Source: Octopus vulgaris (lineage: Eukaryota). From it: a stretch of DNA of 64,000 nt. Below, piece by piece: positions 1 through 12,265 of the stretch. The position numbers were made by a program, and so were the translations under genes. Location of the stretch: positions 57,350,001 through 57,414,000 of the forward strand of contig OX597815.1 of the NCBI GenBank assembly GCA_951406725.2. Direction: 5' to 3'. The notes beneath the pieces are model-generated. The model worked only from the letters and a program-made list of their open reading frames with translations. It had not been told where the DNA came from and ran no database searches. How positions within the stretch are numbered: the stretch's first letter is position 1; the number at the start of each line of letters is the position of its first letter.

Positions 1-700
1 GGGTTTGTTGTCAAGATAAGTTATAGCGAAATCCAAACCTGCGAGCATAGTGTTCATAACTTGTTAGAAAATACCAGGTGCTACCTTTATACCAAAAGGA
101 AGTTGATTAAATTTATACAACCCTGTATGGATATTTATTGTCAATGACGTAGAACATTCTTCATCAACTTTTACCTGCAAGTTTGCTTCAGATAGGTCCA
201 ACTTTGAGAAAAATTTTTCTCCATTCAACTTCGCGAAAATTTCCTCCAGACTTGGTAACAGGTAATTATATGGCATCAAGCATTCGTTTAAACCTGTTGA
301 AAAATTAGCACATACTTGCATTTTATTACTTTTTCTTGACATAAACTGTTGGGGATGGCCATTTTGTGTAATCAATTTTTTCAGTAATGCCAAGCTTTTC
401 AAGTCTATCCAATTTCTTCATTGACTTGTTTCAGTGCTGTGAAAGGTACAATTCGTTTTGGTTTAAATGCTGGTATAGCATTTTCTTTCACTTGAAACTT
501 CACCTCTGTTTTGATGCAATGACCCAATTCATCAGAAAAAACGTCAGGGAAAATTTTTTTAAATTCTTTTTTTAAATCCTCTGACATCTTATTTGTACTG
601 GCTGAAGAACCATTCACATTTTTGCAAAAAATATTTATGTAGACGTCCCATAAGTTACATAATTCCATCAAATCTGTTCGTATTTTTCAGCACAAAAACT
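1..700 (-). mobile_element. Decayed Gypsy/Ty3-type LTR retrotransposon pol (RT) fragment
   Basis: ORFs 64..402 and 405..671 give FPDVFSDELG, LPSLEEIFAKLNGEKFFSKLDLS and GLYKFNQLPFGIKVAPGIF, typical Gypsy RT motifs; frameshifted and truncated. Confidence 0.85.
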
Positions 701-1749
701 TAGGCCTATGATATGCCTCTTGGTCCTGAGGCATATCATAGGAGTTAACTCAAGACCGCTACCTGCCATTATAACCTTTGTGGATTTCAGCAACAAGTTT
801 GACAGCAACCATTACAAAATGTTGAAGATGCTTTGAGCATATGGCATTCTAGACATTGCAAAGGCCTATGAGAAGACCAGAGCAAATGTGTTGTCATCTA
901 ATGGAAAAATGGAATTCTTTCAGAATAGCTATCCCATATATATGGGAATTTCCCCAATTTTGTCAGGACGCCCCACCCCCTTCTTTTATTTTCATGCATT
1001 GCAAAACAAGGAAGGGAAACTTTTTAAATAAAAGTTTTTAAAATCGATGCCTTTTAAATGTTCGTCTCCCCTGCCACACACACACACACACACACTTATT
1101 GTGCCTTTAGAACAACAACAATTAAAATGATATATTTTTCTTTTTCGTAATTTTTTGCCAGTTATCGTATTCATATCGTATTCTTCATTCTGAAACATTT
1201 GTAACTCACATTAAAGAAAGAAAAAATCTTACCTCTGCTTCCCTCCTTCATTGTACTTTTCACAATGAAGGAAAAATCAAACACTGGAAGTGGAAGTGTG
1301 AGAAAAAAATTTGAATTTTGAAAAGTGTAGCTATAAAGCAACATTTTCAGTCATTTATTTAAATTTTCTCTGCTAATTTGTCAAATACAATTACATGCAA
1401 TAGATGGGTTTTGAGATTTAAATTTGCTAATTTTCCAAGATTTTTATTCTTGTGTTTGAGGGGGCCCACTGAATTTGAGGTGCCTTGATCTCCCACGGTT
1501 TAAATCCAGTCTTGTACCTCATAATGATGAGAAATGAGGTTAATAGTTCAAAACTTTATCTTCTTATTAGCGTTCACTCAGCTTAGACATTTATGCTTAA
1601 AAATATTGAAGAAAATGTAAAATGGAAATAGCATCTCAACAACTCTTTTTTAATATATGTCCTTGCTCTGTTTTCTAATTTTGTAGATACATTGAACAAT
1701 AATGCAGTTTAATGTAATATGTTGCCAGTTCCTTTTGTTCTCCTTATAG

Positions 1750-1883
1750 TATCATCGAGAACTACAACGTCTTGTATCAGATGAACAGAAAATTGAACTT
1801 GGGAAATGTATGATTAGTTTTGCAAGGGAATGGATGAATTTCATCTCTGAGAAATGGGAAAAGGGCCGAGGGCGAAGGCCAAC
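1750..1883 (+). CDS. MAP3K4: MAP3K4/MEKK4 coding exon (YHRELQRLVSDEQKIELGKCMISFAREWMNFISEKWEKGRGRRP)
   Basis: ccttatAG acceptor and GTaagt donor. Translation resembles vertebrate MAP3K4 YHKEVVRL...ISFARKWMNY...GRGTRPR (recalled, not searched). Phase 2 end joins the next exon. Confidence 0.9.
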
Positions 1884-2033
1884 GTAAGTATTAGTTTTTA
1901 ATTTTGCTTGGGAATGTCTTCCTTACAAATTGAACCCTTTTTTTTTGTATAATTTGAAAGAAATTGTGGCATATCAGCTGTATATAATCTATAATCCTGT
2001 TTGTAAAATTCATTTCCTTCTTCAGCATGAAAT

Positions 2034-2090
2034 ATCATGCTGAAGAAGGAAATGAATTTTGCAATTCTAATCCCGAAACATGTACATGAT
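2034..2090 (+). ncRNA. Minimal type I hammerhead ribozyme motif (Penelope pLTR type)
   Basis: atcatg-CTGAAGA-stem II-GAAA-catg-TA-catgat: perfect 6-bp stem I, palindromic stem III ACATGT, GUA triplet; the first stem II pair is A:C. Confidence 0.65.
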
Positions 2091-2256
2091 TAATCAAAGA
2101 CTTGTTAGTTTCAATGTTTTTTCTTCTTTTTGCCTATGTGAGTTACAAGTATTGCTGTCTGTGGAGATATATTGTTGTAGAAGAATAAGCAGTTTTGACT
2201 GCTATTTCTAAATTTCCGGTATGTGGTGAAGCAACTTTTTGATAATCCCTTAATTA

Positions 2257-2317
<61 letters not shown>

Positions 2318-2690
2318 TGGAGGCGCAATGGCCCAGTGGTTAGGGCAGCGGACTCGTGGTCATAGGATCGTGGTTTATTGTGTTTATTAGTGTTTATTGA
2401 GCGAGAACATCTAAAAGCTCCACGAGGCTCCGGCAGGGGATGGTGGTGATCCCTGCTGTACTCTTTCACCACAACTTTCTCTCACTCTTACTTCCTGTTT
2501 CAGTTGTACCTGTATTTCAAGGGGCCGGCCTTGTCACTCTCTGTGTCACGCTGAATATCTCCGAGAGCTACGTTAGGGGTGCACGTGTCTGTGGAGTGCT
2601 CAGCCACTTACACGTTAATTTCACGAGCAGGCTGTTCTGTTGATTCGGATCAACCGGAACCCTCATCGTCGTAACCGACGGAGTGCTTCC
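2318..2690 (+). mobile_element. tRNA-derived octopus-type SINE (family 1)
   Basis: Head ggaggcgcaatggcccagtggttagggcagcggactc resembles a tRNA A box; flanked by TA/CA microsatellites; a second copy lies on the - strand at 19680-20058. Confidence 0.75.
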
Positions 2691-3925
2691 ATCCATATAT
2701 ATACACACACACACACACATAGGCAAAAAGAAGAAAAAACAACGAAACTAACCAGATTAGAATTGTAAAAAAAAGTTTTTTTATAATTATAAACATAATT
2801 AAAGGATGAACAAAAAGTTGCTTCACCAGATACCGAAAATTTAGAAATAGCAGTCAAAACTGCTAATTCTTTTACAACAATATATCTCCGCAGACAGCAA
2901 TACTCGTAACTCACTTATGCAAAAAGAAGTAAAAACAATGAAACTAACCAAATTAGAATAGTTTTTCTTTTAATATAGTTTTATTTAATATGAAGTTTAT
3001 GTTTATCTTTTTTATTGTGTGATATATTAAATCTATAGATATAACTAATTTATATAATGGATTTGAGTATATTTGTACTATTTCAAATTTTTGGATTTTA
3101 TTATTCATGAAGAGGAATTGTATTGAGTATATTAATTAGATGCTAAAACATATTAATAAATTTAAAATCCAGATAGATTAAATTAATCGTTGAACTTAGT
3201 AATTTAGTTTGTTTATCAATATTAGTTAGATCTTGTTATTATTTTGAGTTTGATTGTTGTTATTATTGTTATTGTTATTCACTGGTTTTGTATAGGACTG
3301 GTGATTGTGATTGTACATCTTCTTAGTGTATTGTTCTTTGGTTCTAATATTTTTGCACCTTTCTTTAATTTTGGGGTTGATAGGTTTTCTTACTTTCCAT
3401 TAACATATTATTCTATCTTTTTATATATATTGATTGATATTAGTTACGATTGATATTAATTTTTATAATTCTTTTTTTTTTAAATATATATATATTTATA
3501 TATTAAGGGATCTAACGAATTACATTTAATTTAATTTTAAAAATTAATTTCATCAGACAATATATTATTTAATTATTAGGTGGCTTATTTATTTGTAATA
3601 TTAAATTTTAAGTTAATTAGGTGTTATATTATTTGATATTTAGTCAACTTTGTTATAGATTGTTATATTAAATCTATAGATACTACACATGTATATTTAT
3701 TATATGGTAAGCTTATTTAAGGAGTTTGTCTATATTTGAACCATTTCTTATTTTGATTACAATTTAATGACTTGTACTAGCTTTGTGTATTTTATTTAAT
3801 TTTAAAATATTTAATAATTTAAGTATTGTTTTAGTTTTCACTTATGTATATTTAGTATTTTCATATATATATATATATATTAAAGTATATTTATTAATTA
3901 ATTATTTTATTGTTCTAGTTTATTT

Positions 3926-4016
3926 TTAACCTGATGAGTGACTATATTTATATTGAAGTGATTTCTCTACTACTATAATCATTTCTTAAATATAGCCATG
4001 AAACACGTGTCATTAT
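3926..4016 (+). ncRNA. Degenerate hammerhead ribozyme motif
   Basis: CTGATGA at 3931, long stem II gtgactatattta/taaatatagccat, GAAA at 4000, palindromic ACACGTGT, GUC triplet; stem I is weak. Confidence 0.55.
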
Positions 4017-4281
4017 TTTACAAATTATATATGTTTTTATTATTATTTTTTTGCAATTTACTTAATCATTGACATTTTATTGTTATTTTAATTTTAATAT
4101 TTCTATTATATGTAATTTTCTAGATGGTGTAATTTAATTGTTCATTTTGAATTGATAAAAGGTGTTTTTTTCTTCTAATTTTTGATATATATATATTATA
4201 TTGTGTGAAATTTGATTTAGTTTTTCTAAATTGAATTTTTTTCCTTGTAAGTTTGGATTTTATTCTCTCAAATAATAATTA

Positions 4282-4364
4282 TTATATATGTGTGTGTGTG
4301 TGTGTATGTATATATATATATGTGTATATGTATATATATATATATGTATATATATATGTATATT

Positions 4365-4395
<31 letters not shown>

Positions 4396-4400
4396 GTGTA

Positions 4401-4437
<37 letters not shown>

Positions 4438-4780
4438 ATGTAGATATATATATATGTGTATATATGTATGTATATATATATATATATGTGTATGTGTGTA
4501 TGTAGATATATATATATGTGTATATATGTATGTATATATATATATATATGTGTATATATGTATGTATATATATATATATGTGTATATATGTATGTATATA
4601 TATATATATGTGTATATATGTATGTATATATATATATATATGTGTATATATGTATGTATATATATATATGTGTGTATATATGTATGTATATATATATGTG
4701 TGTATTTATATATGTATATATATATGTGTATTTATATATGTATATATATATGTGTATTTATATATGTATATATATGTATA

Positions 4781-4825
<45 letters not shown>

Positions 4826-4870
4826 TGAGTACCTTATTTACTGTGGTTAACCCCGACTCAACCCGGGACC

Positions 4871-4912
<42 letters not shown>
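4282..4912. repeat. Complex (TA)n/(TG)n microsatellite array
   Basis: Directly visible dinucleotide repeats; these produce the spurious Y/I/C/V/M ORFs in the track. Confidence 0.95.
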
Positions 4913-4915
<3 letters not shown>

Positions 4916-5112
4916 CATTAAATATAAATTTAATAGTGTTCACTTCCGGACTCTCTCACTCTGTGAGAGCCTCAGTTCTAATCGCATGTGTCTTGAATGG
5001 GCTAGTGAATTTCTATTTTGGATGTATTTGGGGTACTTAATTGTGCTCATGACTTAGTGTTTGCTTCTTCCATTGGTATGAGTAAGTATCTCATTTATTT
5101 CTTTGCCACATT

Positions 5113-5165
5113 TATCACTGACGAAGGGAGGGTTCTTATGAGCTAACCCTGAAATCGATCCGATA
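5113..5165 (+). ncRNA. Degenerate minimal hammerhead ribozyme motif
   Basis: tatca-CTGACGA-...agggtt...aaccct-GAAA-tcga-TC-cgata; palindromic ATCGAT stem III; one stem I mismatch. Confidence 0.5.
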
Positions 5166-5554
5166 TGGTAATAATGGAATTTTTTAGAAATTTCTGTCGA
5201 CCTTTTTTCGAGTAGCATGCATGTTGTGAAAAATTATAATGGTTATGGACAACGTGTCTAATTTCGGCATATTTGGCATTAGAAATTTTTTCGTTTACCC
5301 TTACTTATAAGTTTTTTATAAATTTAACTTTTAAAGGTATTTTTAATATGCTGGCCATTGATAACATTTTTTTTCAAAAAAAAATTTTATCCTACATTAA
5401 ATATATATAAATATATGTGTTTGATTTGAAAACCCCACTAGAATGGGAGAAAGCGCTAAAGATCTAAGTGATATGATATATATATATAAAAAATGTAATA
5501 TATAAATAAATATCTGTAAATATAAACCATCCGATCTTCTGAGTACCTCATTTC

Positions 5555-5597
<43 letters not shown>

Positions 5598-5602
<5 letters not shown>

Positions 5603-5752
5603 GCTTCTTTCCGTTTCCATCTACCAAATCCACTCAATAAGCCTTGGTCAGCCTGAGGCTATAGTAGAAGACACTTGCCCAAAGTGCCACGCAGTGGAAC
5701 TGAACCTGGGACTATGTGGTTGGTAAGCAAGCTACATACCACATAACCACAT
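5598..5752 (-). mobile_element. SINE family 2, 5' part
   Basis: Reverse complement of the head of the full copy at 54844-55263 (gtggtaag...ggttcagtcccactg...cttgggcaagtgtcttct). Confidence 0.75.
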
Positions 5753-5829
5753 TTTTTATTTTAACTTTTACTTCTTTTTTTTCTTTTAATTTTTCCTAAT
5801 TTTATCTTATTCTCATTTAAATGTTTAGT

Positions 5830-6858
5830 ATTTTCATTGTAGCCAAAAACAGTTTTTTAATAAGTATAGTCAGTTGGTGCAAGGTCTGGTGAATATGGTG
5901 GATGACAGTACTTCCAATTTCAGTTCCTGTAACTTGAGTAGCATTTTTTGTGCAACATGTCATTAAGCATTGTCTTGCTAGAGAATTGGCCTGTCTCTAT
6001 TGACCAATCTCAGTTGTTTAATTGCAAGTTCACTCATCATTTTATCCAATTGGTTGATGTATACATCTGCTGTAATTGACTTACCAAGTCTCATGAAGCT
6101 ATAGTGGATGACACCAGTGCTGGACCACCAAACATGCACCACTTTTTGGTGAATATTCTTCTTTGGATTGTGTTTTGGCACTTCATCTCTATCCAGCCAC
6201 TTTGCAGAATGCTTGTTATTGTTGAAGAGAATCCATTTTTCATCACATGTAACTATGATGCAAAAATTGTTTGCTTTTATGTCTTGACAGCAAAGACACC
6301 AAGTTTCAAGATGATGTGTCTTTTGATTCTCATTCAGTTCATGCGGTATCCACTTGTCCAGCTTCTTTACATTGCCAGTTTGTTTCAGATGGTCCAATAC
6401 AGTTGGAATCAAAACATCAAACCTTGCTGCTAACTCATGCGTAGTTTGAGATGTATCTACTTCCACTACAGTTTCCAGCTCATCATTATCCACTTCGATC
6501 TCAAGTCTACTATAAGGCAGATTTTCAAGACAAAAGTCACCAGATCAGAACTTCTCAAACCATCAACATACAGTGCACTTATTCATCACATCTTCACCAA
6601 ACACCTCATTGATGTTTCAAGCTGTCTGAGATGCATTGGTTTCATAACAGAACTCATATTCATAAACAACACGAATTTTTGATCTAGCCATGGGGTCACA
6701 TAAATTGATTTACAAGAAGAAACTCACAATATAATCAGACATCATGAATTGCATTTCGAAAAGTGATTATGTAACTTGTCAGGATAAAACATTAGAGTTA
6801 ATGACTGTCAAACTTGGTGCATAAGAAAATTGGACATTTCATTCTTAATGACCTAATA
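5830..6858 (-). mobile_element. Decayed Tc1/mariner transposon
   Basis: ORF 5978..6493 contains WIPHEL, IVTCDEKWILF and VWWSSTGVIHY (mariner DDD transposase motifs); stops and frameshifts elsewhere. Confidence 0.85.
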
Positions 6859-6861
6859 TAT

Positions 6862-8985
6862 CATCAATATCATCATCATCAGCATGGGTTAGATGGTTTG
6901 ACTTGAGCTAGTAAGCTGGAAAGCTGCGCCTGGCTACAGTTGTCTGTTTTGGCTTGGTTTCTACAGTTGGATGTTACCAGTATGGATATCTTTTACATAT
7001 TACTAGCACGGGTTTTGTCTTTATGTATCACTGGTACCAGTGCCTTTTACATTTCACCTGCATTGGTGCCTTTTATATGTTACCAGCACTGGTGCCCTTT
7101 ATGTGTCACCAGTACAGGTGCTTTTTACGTATCACCAACATAGGTGCCTTTTACTTGCCACTGGCACATGTGCTTTTTATGTGTCATCAACACTAACTAT
7201 GCCCATGATTTCACTTAGCTTTACATGTCTTCTGAGGCACAGCAAATTGCTAGAAGTCTCAGTCACTTGTCACCTCCATGAAACTCAACAACCAAAGCTC
7301 ATATTTCACCACCTCATCCCATACCTTCCTGGGTCTACCTCTTCCACATGTTCCCTCCACATTTAGAGAGAGGTACTTCTTTATGCAGCCATCCTCTTCT
7401 GTTTGCATCACATGACCATATCAGCACAGTCTTCTCTTTTTCACTCTATATCTGATGCCTCCTATACCCAATTTTTCTCTGAAGACACTTACACTCTGTC
7501 GTACATGCACACTGATATTGCACATCCAGTGAAGAATATTAGCTTCATTTCTTTCAAGCCTTCACATGTCTTCTTCAGTCACAGCCCATGTTTCAATATT
7601 ATGTAGTATGGCTGTTTGCACATAGGCATCATACAGTTTGCCATTCACTCTGAGGAAGAGGCCCTTCATTTACTAACAAAGGTAGAAGCTCTCTGAATTT
7701 TCCCTACCCCATTTTTATTCTAGCAGCTACACTCCTAGAGCATCCTCCTCCACTGCTGTCTTAGTCACTTAGAGAACAGAAGTTATCTATTACTTCTAAT
7801 ATGCCCCTATCATTTGACAAAATCTATTTTCTGTACATTCCTAGTGTTTATTGTACCTGCACATCTTCCACTCACAATGACTACTTTCTCTGTTAAACTT
7901 CCTCCAATACTGCTGCAACTCTTATGTGCCCATAACTTCACTAGGTACACCTTATAGAGTTCCTACATAAATCATTTCTACATATGAAGGAGCGTCATCT
8001 ACCTGAAGGGGTTTGTGATTTGTCTGCTTTCTTACTTAGGATTTTGGTCATTGCTAAATTAACTCTGAAGCCCTTTGATTCCAGACTTTGCTTTCACATC
8101 TGAAATTACTTCTCTAGTTCTGATAGTGATTCAGCTTTAAGAATAAGGTCATCATCAGCATAGAGCAGCTCACAAGGGCAGCCAGTCTTAAATTCCTCTG
8201 TTATGGCCTGGTGGACTATGATAAACAAGAGGGTGCTGAGAACTGATCCTTAGTGAACTCCTACCTGTACACTGAATTCATTGCTATACATGTTGCCAAT
8301 TTTCATCTTACTGACAGCATCCCTGTGCATGGCTTGTACAGCTCTCACCAACCACTCATCTATCCCTAGCTACCACATTGACCATAATATAAGGGAACAG
8401 GTGGACCCAGTCAAAAGTTTTCTCCATGTCAACAAAAGCCAAGTACAGAGGTTTATTTTTGGCTAAATACTTATCTTGCAGCTATCTTACCAGAAAGCAC
8501 TACTGATACTATAGCATCAAAAGTGCTTCTCCTTGACACAAAGCCAAACTTCATCTCATCTTATCTTACTGTCTTCCTAATTAGCTGAGCTATCATCACT
8601 TGGTCCAGCAATTTAATGCCTCTGTAATTATTTCTGTCTAAAGCATCGCCTTTACCTTTGTAACAGTTGATTATAATGTTGCTACATCAGTCATTGGGTT
8701 CAAACCTGATTAACTATGCAAGTGAATAGACCATATCCCACTCCACCAGGTATTTGAAGCAGCTCTACAGTGATCCCTGATGGGCCGAAGGCTTTCTCTG
8801 TCTTCATATTGCTTTCTCTTCCAAGCTATTGTCTGTTTGGATTGCTGGTCCCTCTGTTGAGTGCACATTAGGCAGACTATCCTTCTCCTGCATGTTCTCT
8901 AATTTGGCAGCCCTTCGTAGTGATACTTCCAAGCCACTTTCTTTGCAGAGTCATTAACTGCAAATGAACCATCATATAGTAACTC
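6862..8985 (-). mobile_element. Decayed RTE-clade LINE, 5'-truncated
   Basis: (CAT)n tail on the left; colinear with the better preserved copy at 43722-45644 (RT YADD-region remnants, VDMEK motif). Confidence 0.8.
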
Positions 8986-9129
8986 ACTATATCAGCATGT
9001 GATTTGTTGAATTTTTTTTCGTTTTTAACAAAAAAAAATCAACAAATCACATGCTGATATTTAATTTTTACAACAGTCTAAAACTATGATAATAATTATT
9101 AAAGCTTGGCAAAAAAGAAAAAGAGCCTA

Positions 9130-9700
9130 GAGAATTTTATTTCAAGCTCAGAAAGTATAGTGGAGGAGGATGCTCTGAAAGTATAGTTGGTAGAATGCGG
9201 AAAAAAATCCAGAGAACTTTTATCTCTGTTGATAACAAAAGGCGTCTCTCTCAGAATGAAAGGCAGATTATATGATGCCTCTTCACAAACTAGAACGTTA
9301 CATGGCTGTGAAACTTGGGCTGTAAATGCAGAAGATGTGCAAAGACTTGAAAGAAATGAAACAAATATGCTTTGATGGATGTGCAATGTCAATGTGCATG
9401 TACGACAAAGTGAAAATGTTATTAGAGAAAAATTGAGCATAAAAGGCATCAGATGTGAACAGAAGATTGTACCAGTATTGTCATGTGATGTGATGTGGAT
9501 GGATGAGGACGGCTGTATAAAGAAGTGCTAGTTGCTAAATGTAGAAGGAACATGTGGAAGAAGTAGACTGAGGAAGACATGGCACGAAGTGGTGAAGACT
9601 GATCTCAAGATGTTGAGCCTCCCCGAGGAGATGATAAGGGACTAAGATGAATGGCATCATGTGCTTGAGAAGACCTCTCCATCTCAGCAGAATTGAGGCT
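9130..9700 (+). mobile_element. RTE LINE 3' fragment
   Basis: ORF 9187..9375 LITKGVSLRMKGRLYDA...LHGCETWAV matches the RTE C-terminus in other copies. Confidence 0.8.
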
Positions 9701-10427
9701 CTGTGAATCTTTCCCCCACAACACATCTATTTAATTCATATCCCACCATACTGAACTGATATCCTCTGCATCCATCTCATTCCCCATCTCTAATCAGCTG
9801 TCACACTATTTTCACTCGCATTTCCTATTCTGACTCATATTCACATTGTACCTGAACTTCACATCTCTTTCTTTCTCTCTCCCTCACTTTCCAGGTGGGC
9901 AAGTTATGTATTCACTTCATCAGCAAGACACTTGTTCCTCTCCCTCCATCATAATTTCTGTCTCCAGTCAGTACCCAGCTCAGTTGAGGGGTCTTTTATT
10001 GTGGATACTTGGCAACCTTACTGGTGCTGATGCCACATAAAAAGCATTTAGTGCACTCTGTTAAGTGGTTGGCTTAGGAAGAACATCCAGCTGTGGAAAC
10101 CATGCGAAAGCAAACATAGAACCTGATGGAGCCCTCTGACTTGTCTGTTCTTATCAAACTGCCAGCATAGAAAAAGGGATGTTGAAGGAGGAGGATTTGT
10201 TCTGTATTTACCAAACTAAATCTTTAATTACAAAGTTTACTTCTGCCATTTTAAACAATGGTGATTCTATGTCCAGCAATATTACCTTACATACTGCCTA
10301 TGAACTTCTTCCCTTACAGCCTTATAAGAATTCAATACTAAATATTGTTCAGTGATAACATTTCCCTACAACTGAATAACAACAATAATCTATTTATCTC
10401 TGGACATTCCATTATGTGTTAAGCAAA

Positions 10428-10538
10428 AGGCGGCAAGCTGGCAGAATTGTTAGTACACTGGATGAAATGCTTTGTGGTATTTCACCCGTCACTACATTCT
10501 AAGTTCAAATTCTGCTGAGGTCGACTTTGCCTTTCATC
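10428..10538 (+). mobile_element. SINE family 3, 5' fragment
   Basis: aggcggcaagctggcagaattgttag...gagg tcgactttgcctttcatc matches the copies at 58406-58886. Confidence 0.65.
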
Positions 10539-10994
10539 AGTTAATTTTGATATTATTCAACATAATCCCCTCTCAGATTCACACACTTATTGCAGCGATC
10601 CTTCACCTTTTCTAACCCCTGTAAAAAAACTCAGAAGACTGGGCCTCCAACCAGGCCTTTCGCGATACCCTTCAAGCTAGGAACTTTTCAGTACTCCCTC
10701 ATATTATCACTTAATTTTAACAATACCCTCTAGTACCAACCATAGTCACTTCTCACATGTGTTGCAGTCATATACTGAATACACAGAAGTGCCTACCAAC
10801 TTGATTCAGTTATCTTTGTTGGGTACCTATTGACATTTTGCATGTATTTTTGGGATTGGATATATAAAGAAATGTGTTTGAAGATCTTAAACTGAAATAG
10901 TGCTGAATATGTAAGATACTTCCTTGTAAGATGAATTGTTTTCGTTGACAATTGTTATTAACGATAAATGCAAAACTTCTTTCTTTTCCAAAAG

Positions 10995-11076
10995 ATGGGC
11001 AAATCAAGGCTTGGAATTTCTTGTCTCTGTTTGTGACCCTAAAATAATGGAATTACTTCCAGAAAGTGAAATTTCA
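10995..11076 (+). CDS. MAP3K4: MAP3K4 coding exon (WANQGLEFLVSVCDPKIMELLPESEIS)
   Basis: AG/GTaagt boundaries; phase 2 in, phase 0 out; resembles WATQGFDFL...ALPEDDF of vertebrate MAP3K4. Confidence 0.9.
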
Positions 11077-12189
11077 GTAAGTTTTCTTCCAACCTATTGG
11101 AACTTTTTTTTTCTTTATTCTTTAACATGGAGTTTGAATTTTGAGATAATTGCATGCATGTGCTCCATTTTTGAAATTTGATTATCACCCTACTTACCAT
11201 CAACATTGAAGTCAAAATGGTATCAATTTTCAAAACAAAATTTTGTAAACTAGGATATTATGGTTTAACGTAGTAGTATAGTTTGAAACTATGTTATATT
11301 ACTTTTCTGTCTTCTTTAATCTTTTCTTAACACCTAACACACTTCAATATTTGGAAACGATGATGTGGGTTTGATTAATATTTTAGTTATTTTGAGTAAC
11401 AGTTAAAGTTTTGTTGTTGAATAGTACCAGTGAGCTCAACTTTAGCTGACTTGTCATATTGTGGTAGCAGACTGAATACTTTGGAGTAACTAAGCACACC
11501 AGAAATATAACATAGACTACGTGTGTGAATAAATTTTCAGTGTTTGATCAGCATGCTAATTATAGCTATCCTATCTTTATTCATTGAGAGAATTTGTGAT
11601 AAGCATTTGTGAGTTCAAATATTGTCATCATTTCAAAAACAGACAGATCGTAGATTGGCTAGATTAAGCTTCCTTGCTGAGTTGAAAAATAGTGCATATG
11701 TTCTATTATAACTCACTTTTTCTCTGTCTACTGTTCTGTTGTTTTCTTATCTCTTTACCACTATCCATAACCTCTAACATCATCCAGAAGAGTTATATAA
11801 TATAATGATACTGAAAATTTTAAAAGAACAATAAACTCAGTGAGTTCTTTTCAGGCAAACTCTATGCTCCTTGATTTCAATTTCTGAACCCTGCATGAAT
11901 AATGCGAGATAACTTTTAAGTCAGCAACTTGATTGAACACAGCATCCTTGAATGTTGAGCATATCTCCTGAAGAATGCTTTGAATTACAGCAGTTTTTTA
12001 AAATAATTCCAGTGTTCTCTAAGGCTGGAGTAGTACCTAGTTTTGGAGCCATCACACTCTGATGGAGTTCTCCATATATTCACAGTATGATTGCATTGTT
12101 ATTTGCAATATGAAAAATTTAATTAATGTGACACAGTATACCAACTACTCATTTCCTATTTATTCTTTTGTTGTTCATTCTTTTCTAAG

Positions 12190-12265
12190 GTTTTTATATC
12201 TGAAATCAAAAGTTGTTTGGATCATATAGTTGGACGAAGCAGTACAGTAAAAAGTCCCACTCCTG
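12190..12265 (+). CDS. MAP3K4: MAP3K4 coding exon (VFISEIKSCLDHIVGRSSTVKSPTP)
   Basis: ttttctaAG and GTaagt; phase 0 to 1; resembles NECIGHVIGKPHSP. Confidence 0.85.

Noticed and set aside
4253-5040. Long ORFs rich in Y/I/C/V/M (also 20139-20450, 33792-34181, 57533-59848)
   Set aside because: They are translations of TA/TG/CA microsatellites, not genes.
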